IMG/VR virus record: IMGVR_UViG_3300014773_000001
Strand: one strand, 5' to 3'
DNA length: 20,000 bases
From: an uncultured virus (IMG/VR IMGVR_UViG_3300014773_000001)
Lineage: Duplodnaviria; Heunggongvirae; Uroviricota; Caudoviricetes
Shown here: positions 1 through 8,264 of the stretch, piece after piece
Position numbering within the stretch: the stretch's first letter is position 1
Layout: every line of letters begins with the position of its first letter
Program-made: the position numbers and the translations under genes
Notes under the pieces: model-generated
What the model was told of the DNA's origin: nothing
The model's input: only the letters and a program-made list of their open reading frames with translations
The model's database searches: none

Positions 1-2199
1 TCGATCGAGGAGGCCGCGGATCCCGGCATCTACCTCTCCAACTACGAGACCGTCCGCGACGGCAAGCTCGACCCGACGTTGTTCGACGCGGTCTCGCTCG
101 ACGAGGCGGCGGTGCTGCGCGGGTTCGGCGGGACCAAGACGTTCCGCGAGTTCATGCGCCGCTTCGAGGGCACGGCCAACTACCGCTTCGTGGCCACGGC
201 GACACCCTCGCCGAACGAGTACATCGAGCTCCTCGCCTACGCCGCCTTCCTCGACGTCATGGATGTCGGCCAGGCGAAGACGCGGTTCTTCAAGCGGGAC
301 AGCACCAAGGCCGACACCCTCAGCCTCCACCCCCACAAGGAAGCCGAGTTCTGGCTCTGGGTGGCGAGCTGGGCCCTCTTCATCCAGCGACCCTCCGACC
401 TCGGCCACGACGACACCGGCTACGAGCTCCCGCCCATGGAGGTGCGCTGGCACGAGCTGCCGTCGGGGTCCGATGGCGGCTTCGACCGCCACGGCCGCGG
501 CCGCCTGTTCGCCGACGCGGGGCTCGGGGTCCAGGACGCCGCGCGGGAGAAGCGGGCCAGCCTCGACGCCCGCGTGGCGCTCGCGGTGGAGCTCGCCAGC
601 ACCGCCGACGGCCAGGTCGTCGTGTGGTGCGACCTCAACGACGAGCAGCGCGCCATCGAGCGCGGGCTCGACGCGGCCGGCATCACCTACTCGTCCCTCT
701 ATGGCTCGCAGCCCGTCGAGGAGCGGGAGGCGCTGCTGGAGCGCTGGCGCCAGCGGGAGACGACGGTCTTCCTGTCCAAGCCCTCGATGTACGGCGCCGG
801 CGTCAACCTCCAGCAGTCGCACCGGATGGTGTTCGCCGGCGTCGGGTTCAAGTTCGCGGAGGTGATCCAGGCGATCCACCGCGTGCACCGGTTCCTCCAG
901 GAGCGCCCCGTGGTCATCGACCTCGTCTACACCGAGGCCGAGCGGGAGGTGCGCCGCATCCTCGAGCGCAAGTGGCGCCAGCACGACGACCAGGTGGCCC
1001 GCATGGGCGGGATCATCCGCGAGTACGGCCTCTCCCACGAGGCCATGGCGGGCGCGATGCGCCGCTCCATCGGGGTCGAGCGCCGGGTCGCCGAGGGCGA
1101 GGGGTACCGCCTGGTCAACGCCGATGCGGTCGAGGAGACCACGCGGATGGATCCCGACAGCGTCGACCTCATCGTCACCTCGATCCCCTTCGCCACCCAG
1201 TACGAGTACACCCCCTCGTACAACGACTTCGGCCACACCGAGGACAACGCGCACTTCTGGGCGCAGATGGACTTCCTCACGCCCGAGCTCCTCCGCGTGC
1301 TCCGACCGGGCCGGGTCGCCGCCATCCACGTCAAGGACCGGATCGTGCCGGGCGGGATGACCGGGCTCGGCTTCCAGACCGTCCAGCCCTTCCACGCCGA
1401 GGCCATCGCCCACTACGTCCGCCACGGGTTCGCCTTCCTGGGAATGAAGACGATCGTGACCGACGTCGTGCGGGAGAACAACCAGACCTATCGCCTGGGC
1501 TGGACCGAGCAGTGCAAGGACGGCACCAAGATGGGCGCGGGCATGCCGGAGTACCTGCTGCTGTTCCGCAAGCCCCCGACGGACCGCTCCAACGGATACG
1601 GCGACCTCCCGGTCGTCAAGTCGAAGGCCGAGTACTCCCGCAGCCGATGGCAGATCGACGCCCACGGCTTCAGCCGCTCCTCGGGCGACCGACCCCTCTC
1701 GGCCGAGGACCTCGACGGCGTCGCCCACGACGTCATCTACCGGATGTTCCGCGACCGCGGCCTGACCACCGTCTACGACCACGAGCGCCACGTCGCGCTG
1801 TCCGAGGCGATGGAGGCCAAGGGTCGGCTCCCCACGACGTTCATGCTCCTGCCGCCGCCGTCGTGGCACCCCGACGTGTGGACCGACGTGGCGCGCATGC
1901 GGACGCTCAACCTCCGCCAGTTCCAGCGCGGCGAGGAGTACCACCTCTGCCCGCTCCAGTTCGACATCGTCGACCGCCTCATCGTCCAGCTCTCGATGCC
2001 GGGCGAGGCGGTCCTCGACCCCTTCATGGGCATCGGCACCGTGCCGTACTGCGCGGTCAGGCTCGGCCGCCGCGGCGTCGGGATCGAGCTCTCGTCGGCC
2101 TACTTCCGCGACGCCCGCTTCTACGTGGAGGCGGCGGCGCAGGAGGTGGCGGCGCCCACGCTGTTCGACCTGGCGGAGCTCGAGGGGGTCCCGGCATGA
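1..2199 (+). CDS. SNF2-like helicase fused to N4/N6 DNA methyltransferase (5'-truncated)
   Basis: Frame is open from base 1 (SNYETVR...SLDEA). Helicase motifs ATATPSPNEY, VVWCDLNDEQ, GAGVNLQ and QAIHRVHRF. MTase catalytic-type IVTSIPF comes before SAM-binding VLDPFMGIGT (beta order), then GIELS. Confidence 0.9.
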   Translation, partial: SIEEAADPGIYLSNYETVRDGKLDPTLFDAVSLDEAAVLRGFGGTKTFREFMRRFEGTANYRFVATATPSPNEYIELLAYAAFLDVMDVGQAKTRFFKRDSTKADTLSLHPHKEAEFWLWVASWALFIQRPSDLGHDDTGYELPPMEVRWHELPSGSDGGFDRHGRGRLFADAGLGVQDAAREKRASLDARVALAVELASTADGQVVVWCDLNDEQRAIERGLDAAGITYSSLYGSQPVEEREALLERWRQRETTVFLSKPSMYGAGVNLQQSHRMVFAGVGFKFAEVIQAIHRVHRFLQERPVVIDLVYTEAEREVRRILERKWRQHDDQVARMGGIIREYGLSHEAMAGAMRRSIGVERRVAEGEGYRLVNADAVEETTRMDPDSVDLIVTSIPFATQYEYTPSYNDFGHTEDNAHFWAQMDFLTPELLRVLRPGRVAAIHVKDRIVPGGMTGLGFQTVQPFHAEAIAHYVRHGFAFLGMKTIVTDVVRENNQTYRLGWTEQCKDGTKMGAGMPEYLLLFRKPPTDRSNGYGDLPVVKSKAEYSRSRWQIDAHGFSRSSGDRPLSAEDLDGVAHDVIYRMFRDRGLTTVYDHERHVALSEAMEAKGRLPTTFMLLPPPSWHPDVWTDVARMRTLNLRQFQRGEEYHLCPLQFDIVDRLIVQLSMPGEAVLDPFMGIGTVPYCAVRLGRRGVGIELSSAYFRDARFYVEAAAQEVAAPTLFDLAELEGVPA

Positions 2200-3971
2200 C
2201 GCTCTCACTGGCACCCGATCTCGACCTCCCGATCGAGGCCGTCACGGAGAGCTTCGGCATCCTCGGCCAGCGTGGCTCCGGCAAGTCCAACACCGGGGTC
2301 GTCATGGCCGAGGCGATGTCCGCGGCTGGCCTGCCATGGGTGGCCATCGACCCCAAGGGGGACTGGTGGGGCATCCGTGCGGCAGGCACCGGGCCCGGGC
2401 TCCCCGTGGCCGTCCTCGGCGGCCTCCACGGGGACATCCCCCTCGACGCCGGAGCGGGTGCGGAGGTGGCCGACCTCATCGTGGACCACAACCTCACCGC
2501 AGTCGTCGACGTCTCCGACTTCACCCTCGCGGACCGCCACCGCTTCCTCCTCAGTTTCGCCCAGCGCCTCTACGACCGGCACCGCCGCGAGCCCCAGCGG
2601 CGCCACCTGTTCCTCGAGGAGGCGCACGAGTACCTGCCCCAGGTCGTCACCGGCGACCGGGCGAAGGTCAAGGAGGCGCTGGCCCGGATCCCCCTGATGG
2701 GCCGGTCGTTCGGCCTCGGCTCCACCGTGATGAGCCAGCGGAGCGCGCGGCTCCACAAGGACGTCCTGACCCAGATCGGGACCCTCGTGGCCATGCGGAC
2801 GACGGGGCCACAGGACCGCAAGGCGATCGCGGAATGGGTGGAGCAGCACTCGGTAGCGCGCGAGATGCTCGCGTCGCTCCCCGATCTCGACGACGGCGAG
2901 GCTTGGGTGTGGTCACCGCGGTTCCTCCGGGTGATGCAGCGCGTCCGCATCCACCGGCGCGCCACGTTCGACTCGGGCGCCACCCCGGTGGGGTTCGCCG
3001 ACCGGGCACCGGCCACGCTGGCCGATATCGACCTGCCCGCGCTGACCGAGCGCATGGCGGCCGCGGTGGAGCGGGCCAATGCGGACGATCCCAAGGTGCT
3101 GCGCGCCCGGATCACCGAGTTGGAGCGCCAGCTGCGGAGCGCGCCGGGCCAGGTCGTGGAGCGGGTCGAGGTGCCCGTCATCGATGAGGCGACCTGGCTG
3201 CGGATCCACGGGATGGTCGATGACTACCTGACCCGAGAGGCCGAGCACGGCCGCTCCCGGGAAGCCCTGCGTGAGCGGGTGATGGACCTCGTGAAGGTCG
3301 TCGGAGCGGTCCATGCGGGACGGCTCGAGGGGAAGGAGGGACGAACCATGCGCCCCGGCGGCGATGCCGCCCACACGGGACCAGCGGCGGTGGGAGAAAG
3401 GACGAAGCCGCCGAGGGCTCGTGGACCCATGGGGCTGGAGAGCGAACCACGATCCCTGTCACGGCAGACGGAGCCGGCACGTCCCGCGTCGTCGGCTCCG
3501 TCGTCGCTCAAGCCAGCCGAGCGGGCGATCCTGACCGCGCTGGCCCAGTACCCGCAGGGTCGGTCGCAACAGCAGGTCTCCTTGCTGTCCGGGTACTCCG
3601 CCACCTCGGGCTCGTTCTCCGGCGCGCTGGCCAGCCTGCGTCGCTCCGGGTACATCGAGGGGACGGCAGCAGCGCTGCGAGTGCTCCCGGCCGGGCTCGA
3701 CGCCCTCGGGGAGTGGGAGCCGCTGCCGACCGGGGCGGGCCTCATCGATTACTGGCTGGAGCGGCTCAAGCCGGCCGAGCGGGCCGTGCTGCGCGCGCTC
3801 ATCGACTCCTGGCCCGACGCGATGACCCAGGCCGAGGTCTCCGCCACCGCGGGCTACTCGGCCACCTCGGGCAGCTTCTCCGGGGCCCTCGCGAAGCTGC
3901 GCAAGCTCGACCTCATCACCGGTACCGCGGCGGCCCTGCGCGCGTCGGACGACATCGCGGAGCATCGCTGA
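2196..3971 (+). CDS. HerA/FtsK-like P-loop ATPase with two C-terminal winged-helix-like repeats (591 aa)
   Basis: ATGA overlap at 2196-2199. Walker A GQRGSGKS, IDPKGDWW, Walker B FLEEAHEYLPQ, GRSFGLG and SQR motifs. Duplicated C-terminal unit with an 86-aa period. Confidence 0.85.
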   Translation: MTLSLAPDLDLPIEAVTESFGILGQRGSGKSNTGVVMAEAMSAAGLPWVAIDPKGDWWGIRAAGTGPGLPVAVLGGLHGDIPLDAGAGAEVADLIVDHNLTAVVDVSDFTLADRHRFLLSFAQRLYDRHRREPQRRHLFLEEAHEYLPQVVTGDRAKVKEALARIPLMGRSFGLGSTVMSQRSARLHKDVLTQIGTLVAMRTTGPQDRKAIAEWVEQHSVAREMLASLPDLDDGEAWVWSPRFLRVMQRVRIHRRATFDSGATPVGFADRAPATLADIDLPALTERMAAAVERANADDPKVLRARITELERQLRSAPGQVVERVEVPVIDEATWLRIHGMVDDYLTREAEHGRSREALRERVMDLVKVVGAVHAGRLEGKEGRTMRPGGDAAHTGPAAVGERTKPPRARGPMGLESEPRSLSRQTEPARPASSAPSSLKPAERAILTALAQYPQGRSQQQVSLLSGYSATSGSFSGALASLRRSGYIEGTAAALRVLPAGLDALGEWEPLPTGAGLIDYWLERLKPAERAVLRALIDSWPDAMTQAEVSATAGYSATSGSFSGALAKLRKLDLITGTAAALRASDDIAEHR

Positions 3972-4052
3972 TGACCCTGGCGTCCGAGCCGCCGACCGAC
4001 CCCGCGCGGGTTCCGCAACAACATCGAGACGGACGAGTTTCAGGTCACCCCA

Positions 4053-4252
4053 TCGTCCACGTGTGGACAACCACCGACCCACGATCGCTTGTGGTCGGAT
4101 CCCCACACGACCACGAGGGATCGACACGACCCTCCCACGGGATATCCACGCCACGCACACGTGTGGAAAACCTCGTGGATGGATCTTGTGGACAACTACG
4201 CCCCGATCGCGGGTCGACCTCCGATGCTGTGGGTGTCGAAGCCAACTGCACA
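4053..4252. promoter_or_regulatory. Cluster of DnaA-box-like 9-mers
   Basis: TGTGGACAA at 4062-4070 and 4187-4195 (reverse complement TTGTCCACA) and TGTGGAAAA at 4162-4170. Degenerate copies at 4053, 4090, 4099, 4142, 4174 and 4228. Confidence 0.7.
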
Positions 4253-4267
4253 TCGGAGGTCCCGGCG

Positions 4268-4477
4268 ATGGTACGTCGCGGCGTGGTCCAGGAGCGCCCG
4301 TCACTCCATGACGGTCCTGCACCCGATCCGGAGCTGACGCGACGCGCGTACGAGAGCGCCGCGCTGCTCTACGAGCGACTGGAGATGCTCGGGATGCACC
4401 GGGCGCTCCCGATGGCGCGCGAGCTCCGCGAGATGCTCTGGTCACGCATGGTCAGCGAGGGCGACCGCCGTGGATGA
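4268..4477 (+). CDS. Hypothetical protein (69 aa; frame is open back to ATG 3971)
   Basis: GGAGG at 4255-4259 is 8 nt before ATG 4268. The stop overlaps the primase start. An alternative coupled start at 3971 (TGATG) would read through the DnaA-box cluster. Confidence 0.55.
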   Translation: MVRRGVVQERPSLHDGPAPDPELTRRAYESAALLYERLEMLGMHRALPMARELREMLWSRMVSEGDRRG

Positions 4478-5432
4478 GCAGGTCCACCGCGTGCGCGAGG
4501 TCCGCTACCAGGTGCGCGACGAGTCCGCCGAGCTCCGCGCCGTCCACGTCCGCTGGGACATGTCCGACGGTGGCAAGCGGATGTGGTGGGAGCGCGCCGA
4601 CGGGGCCCGTGGCCTCGGTGACATCGGCCTCGACTCCCTCCCCCTGTACGGCTCGGAGCGCCTCTCGCGCTGGCCCCTCGACCGGCCGGTGGTCATCACC
4701 GAGGGCGAGAAGGCGGCGCAGGCCCTGCTGGACGCCGACGTGCGCGCCCTGGGTACCGTGACGGGCTCATCGGGCTGCCCCGGCGACGACGCGCTGCGGC
4801 CGCTGTCCGGGAGGACGATGATTCTCTGGCCCGACCATGACGGCGTCGGCCACCAGCACATGCAGGCGATAGCGGAGGCGATCCGCTGGGACTGCGTCGT
4901 CCGCTGGGTGGAGCCACCCGCGGGGACCCCGAAGGGCTGGGATGCCGCCGATGCCATCCGCGACGGCGTGGACATCCGGGCGCTCCTCGCCGACGCCGGC
5001 GACGTCCCCGAGCCGCTGCCGCCGCTGTCCGACCCCGGCCCGGTCGACCCGCGCCTCCCCATCACCAGGTGCGGCCACTGCGGCGCGCTCAGCCCCGAGG
5101 GGGATCGGCTCGTCCTCACGGGCTCGGCGATGCGCGCCTTCCCCGCCGATGACCTCGTCGGCGTCCACGAGTGGCTGTGCACGACCTTGCGCCGCCCGCC
5201 GCTGTCCAACGGCGGGCCATCGTGGGCGCCCATGCGGGCGGTGCTGGAAGCCCTGCGGGATGACATCACCCGCCTCGCCCGGATGGCCGACCCGGACTCG
5301 CCCATCGTGGCGGGTATCCGGATCCCCCAGCGGCGCCCGGAGGTCATCGATGCCGAGCTGGGCATCTCCCGCGGTCCCGGGCACGAGAGCGGCGCCCCCG
5401 TCGTCATCGACGGCTGGGGCATCGAGAGGTGA
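4470..5432 (+). CDS. TOPRIM-domain primase-like protein
   Basis: LPLYG, VVITEGEKAA, ILWPDHDGVG and KGWDAAD TOPRIM motifs. Adjacent to the helicase gene. Confidence 0.82.
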   Translation: MDEQVHRVREVRYQVRDESAELRAVHVRWDMSDGGKRMWWERADGARGLGDIGLDSLPLYGSERLSRWPLDRPVVITEGEKAAQALLDADVRALGTVTGSSGCPGDDALRPLSGRTMILWPDHDGVGHQHMQAIAEAIRWDCVVRWVEPPAGTPKGWDAADAIRDGVDIRALLADAGDVPEPLPPLSDPGPVDPRLPITRCGHCGALSPEGDRLVLTGSAMRAFPADDLVGVHEWLCTTLRRPPLSNGGPSWAPMRAVLEALRDDITRLARMADPDSPIVAGIRIPQRRPEVIDAELGISRGPGHESGAPVVIDGWGIER

Positions 5433-5448
5433 TCGGTGAGGGACGCCG

Positions 5449-6924
5449 GTGAGGGTGGAGCGCGACGGGCTGGGCTATCGCGCCGACATCGTCGGCGAGG
5501 GCATCAGCCTCTCGGTGGACCGCATCGTCGAGGCTCGCGGCGAGACCTGGGCCGAGCTGACGGTGGAGCGCGCCCCCGATGGGCACCTGATGTGCTCGCG
5601 GGTCTCGCTCACCGGGGTCGGCGCACGCCAGGCGACCGCGAGGTACCTGTCCACGCGGTCCAACGGGGTCGACTGGGCGGCGACGCTGGAGACCCTGTTC
5701 CTCGAGGTGCTGCGACGTGAGCGCACTGGGGATCCGGTCATGACCATCGGGAAGTTGCCGCCGCGGCTGGCCACGGAGTACCTGCTGGAACCCATGCTGG
5801 CAGAGGGGAAGCCGACGATCCTCTACGGCGCCGAGGGAGGCGGGAAGTCGACCCTCGCGACGGCGATCGCGGTCAGCGTCGCCACGGGGGTGCCGTGCCT
5901 GTCGGCGTGGAAGGTGGGAGCACCGCGGAAGGTGCTCATCCTCGACTGGGAGAGCAACCACGAGGACTGGAACGACCTCATCGCCGCCATGGCGTTCGGG
6001 ATCGACCTCGAGCCGCCGGAGATCCTCTACCGCGGGATGGCCCAGGCGCTGACCTCGGACCTGCACACCATCGCGCGCATCGTGACCGAGCACGAGGTGG
6101 CCCTGGTCATCATCGACTCCGTCGGGCTGGCGTCCCCATCGGCGCGGGAGGGTGCCGATGCCAATGATGCCGCCATCCGCCTGTTCAGCGCGCTCCGCCA
6201 CCTCCATGTGACATCGCTTCTGATCGACCATGTGAGCAAGTCCGCCGATGCCGGAGCTGACTCCCGGCCATACGGTTCCGTCTACAAGCCAGCCCTCGCG
6301 CGCGCGACGTACGAGATACGCGCGGCCGAGGAAGCCGACCCCGACGGTACGCGGCATATCGCCCTCTTCCACCGCAAGGACAACACGTCGGCGCGGCGTC
6401 CACCGATGGGCATCCGCGTGAAGCGGGACCAGTCGGTGGTGATGCTCGAGGTGGAGCCGGTCCGGCTGGACGACGAGCGCATCGCCAAGGGTGCATCCCT
6501 CATCGATCGCATCGCCGACATCCTCCGTGAGGGAGCAGAGACGGTGGACACCATCTCGGCCATGGTGGGAGCCGACCCCGGCGTGGTCCGCAAGACCCTG
6601 TCGCGGAAGCCGGAGCGGTTCGTGGCCGTCAGCCGGCCTGGCGAGAAGGGGAAGCTCTGGGGGTTGCGTGACAACCGTGACAATGTCACGCGACATGTCG
6701 CGCACGGGATGCGTGACACGACCTCTCCCCCTTTAGGGGGGAGAGAGGTCGGTGTGTCTCGCAACATCCCGGCCCCCGGCAAGTGGGACATGCTCCAGGA
6801 CCTGAAGCCCGGAGCGGACGGGGACGGGGAGGCGCCCTGGCCGGCTGCCCATGATCTCCCCGCCGACGCCGCCGAGGCCATGGAGGCCGACGACTCACCC
6901 GACTTCCTCGGTGACCACCGATGA
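5449..6924 (+). CDS. RecA-superfamily (AAA_25/RepA-like) replicative helicase with C-terminal HTH-like segment
   Basis: Walker A YGAEGGGKST, VLILDWE, Walker B LVIIDS, LLIDHVSK and PYGS motifs. Confidence 0.85.
   Translation: MRVERDGLGYRADIVGEGISLSVDRIVEARGETWAELTVERAPDGHLMCSRVSLTGVGARQATARYLSTRSNGVDWAATLETLFLEVLRRERTGDPVMTIGKLPPRLATEYLLEPMLAEGKPTILYGAEGGGKSTLATAIAVSVATGVPCLSAWKVGAPRKVLILDWESNHEDWNDLIAAMAFGIDLEPPEILYRGMAQALTSDLHTIARIVTEHEVALVIIDSVGLASPSAREGADANDAAIRLFSALRHLHVTSLLIDHVSKSADAGADSRPYGSVYKPALARATYEIRAAEEADPDGTRHIALFHRKDNTSARRPPMGIRVKRDQSVVMLEVEPVRLDDERIAKGASLIDRIADILREGAETVDTISAMVGADPGVVRKTLSRKPERFVAVSRPGEKGKLWGLRDNRDNVTRHVAHGMRDTTSPPLGGREVGVSRNIPAPGKWDMLQDLKPGADGDGEAPWPAAHDLPADAAEAMEADDSPDFLGDHR
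6667..6749. repeat. Iteron-like CGTGACA repeats, palindromes and a hairpin (possible phage origin)
   Basis: CGTGACA at 6667, 6676 and 6712. Palindromes CGTGACA-A-TGTCACG (6676-6690) and CGCGACATGTCGCG (6689-6702). Hairpin CTCTCCCCC-TTTAG-GGGGGAGAG (6723-6745). Confidence 0.55.
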
Positions 6925-7133
6925 CGGTCCTGTTGCCCGACCGCGTCGCCGACCCTGTGCCGCATCGACCCATCCCGCGCGGTCATGTGTCCCCCTCGTT
7001 GTGTCGCGAATGCGGCTGGACTTGTCACATCGTCCGCACCGCGACGGCCACCGTGTTCGCTCGCACCTGGTGGCGTCACAACGCTCGTCGTCGTCATCAC
7101 ATCACCACATCAACGGAAGGAGTGCTCGCATGA
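6921..7133 (+). CDS. Small Cys/His-containing hypothetical protein (70 aa)
   Basis: ATGA overlaps at both ends. CRECGWTC motif. Confidence 0.55.
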   Translation: MTVLLPDRVADPVPHRPIPRGHVSPSLCRECGWTCHIVRTATATVFARTWWRHNARRRHHITTSTEGVLA

Positions 7134-7762
7134 CCACATCGACACGGAGCTCCGGCCTGTGGGACCAGCTGAGCACAGTCCTGGGCACGCCGCCGGTGCC
7201 GGAGGTCCGGGACGCCGTGACCCCCGACCCCCTCGTCGTGTCTCCGGGGGTCCTCGCCGTCCTGGCCATCGATCCCGGCTCGGAGTACTCGGCGTGGGTG
7301 CAGCTCGTCGGTGGCGTCCCCATCGGCCACGCCAAGGTGCCGAACGCGGAAGTGCTGGCCGGACTCCGTGACACATCGCTGTTCTTCGACGGCGCCATCC
7401 GCCCGGTCGTCATCGAGTGGACCGCTCCGCGGGGGATGCCGGCATCGGATCAGCTCTTCGAGACCCTGTGGTGGGTGGGGAGGTTCACGGAGGCGGCGGA
7501 GCACTGGACCACGGTGACCCGGGAGGAGCGCAAGCGCGTCGTCCGCCACCTCACCGGGACCATGAAGGGTGGCGACGTCAACGTCCGTGCCGCCCTCATC
7601 GACCGCTACGGCGGCATCGGCGGCAAGGAGGCCGCCATCGGCACCAAGGCGTCGCCCGGCCCGCTCCACGGGGTCAAGGCGGACTGCTGGGCCGCGCTGG
7701 GCCTGGCCTGCACCTGGTACGACCACAGCGGCGCCCTGTGCGACTGCAAGGGACAGCGCTGA
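7130..7762 (+). CDS. Phage RuvC-like Holliday junction resolvase (210 aa)
   Basis: AAGGAG ribosome-binding site before ATG 7130. VLAIDPG, VVIE and ADCWAALGLA RNase H-fold catalytic pattern. Confidence 0.82.
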   Translation: MTTSTRSSGLWDQLSTVLGTPPVPEVRDAVTPDPLVVSPGVLAVLAIDPGSEYSAWVQLVGGVPIGHAKVPNAEVLAGLRDTSLFFDGAIRPVVIEWTAPRGMPASDQLFETLWWVGRFTEAAEHWTTVTREERKRVVRHLTGTMKGGDVNVRAALIDRYGGIGGKEAAIGTKASPGPLHGVKADCWAALGLACTWYDHSGALCDCKGQR

Positions 7763-7773
7763 TGACCATTGGA

Positions 7774-8211
7774 TCAGGCCGGCTCCTCGTCCGCGATGCC
7801 GAGGTCCTGGCGGGCCGCTCGGATGTAGGCGACCTTGGCGTCCCTCCAGGCCGGACCAGGGTCCCCGCCTTGGCGCATGACGGCGCTGGCATCGATGGCA
7901 GCGGTCGCGTATGTCCCGGCCGCCGCGGCTACGGCAGGCCCGAGGATCTGGACCTGACCGAGCGAGGTGTGCAGGCTCGCCAGGAGCAGGGCGAACTCCT
8001 GGTCCCGCGCGGGTGCCCCAGCCATCAGGGAGTCCGCCCTGGCGACGTGCTGCGCGTAGACCTCCCGCTTCGCATCGAGCCAGCGCGTAGCCTGGTCTCT
8101 CTCCCATCGCTCGCGCTCGCTGCGGCGCGTCAAGCTCCACGTGACGAGCGAGCCGACGACGCCGCCCGCGATGGTGCCAACGACGGTGACCAGGGTGCTG
8201 ATGTCGCTCAT
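7774..8211 (-). CDS. N-terminally membrane-anchored hypothetical protein (145 aa), moron-like
   Basis: Hydrophobic LVTVVGTIAGGVVGSLVTW followed by a charged helix (RRSERERWERDQ...KREVYA). GC-rich third codon positions on the minus strand. It is the only credible minus-strand gene in the window. Confidence 0.75.
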   Translation of the reverse strand: MSDISTLVTVVGTIAGGVVGSLVTWSLTRRSERERWERDQATRWLDAKREVYAQHVARADSLMAGAPARDQEFALLLASLHTSLGQVQILGPAVAAAAGTYATAAIDASAVMRQGGDPGPAWRDAKVAYIRAARQDLGIADEEPA

Positions 8212-8218
8212 GGCGGGC

Positions 8219-8227
8219 ATCATCGCA
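8219..8227 (-). promoter_or_regulatory. Possible extended -10 promoter for a leaderless transcript
   Basis: Minus strand reads TG-C-GATGAT, then 7 nt, then ATG at 8211. No Shine-Dalgarno sequence. Confidence 0.35.
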
Positions 8228-8264
8228 GCGCTGTCACGCCAACCGGGCTTCCGGGGGGTGCGGG

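Noticed and set aside
624..2195. N-terminal part of the 1115-aa ORF (624..3971)
   Set aside because: Arg/Pro/Gly-rich off-frame shadow of the methylase gene. The ATPase begins at the coupled ATG 2196.
3507..3945. Duplicated segment as a DGR template/variable repeat pair
   Set aside because: Both copies are in-frame protein repeats, differences are not adenine-specific, and there is no reverse transcriptase in the window.
4053..4252. Mini-CRISPR array interpretation of the repeats
   Set aside because: Repeats are 9-15 bp, in both orientations and irregularly spaced. No cas genes are present.
5404..6705. 433-aa minus-strand ORF, and similar long antisense ORFs (11804..13060, 18225..19313, 3459..4445)
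   Set aside because: Antisense shadows of motif-bearing + strand genes, expected at this GC content, with no recognisable motifs.
6723..6745. Hairpin as an intrinsic terminator
   Set aside because: It lies inside a CDS with no U-tract on either strand. Kept as part of the origin candidate instead.
7130..7762. RuvC-domain protein as a TnpB/Cas12-like effector
   Set aside because: Only 210 aa, with a compact resolvase motif layout and a typical post-replication position. No adjacent ncRNA or array.
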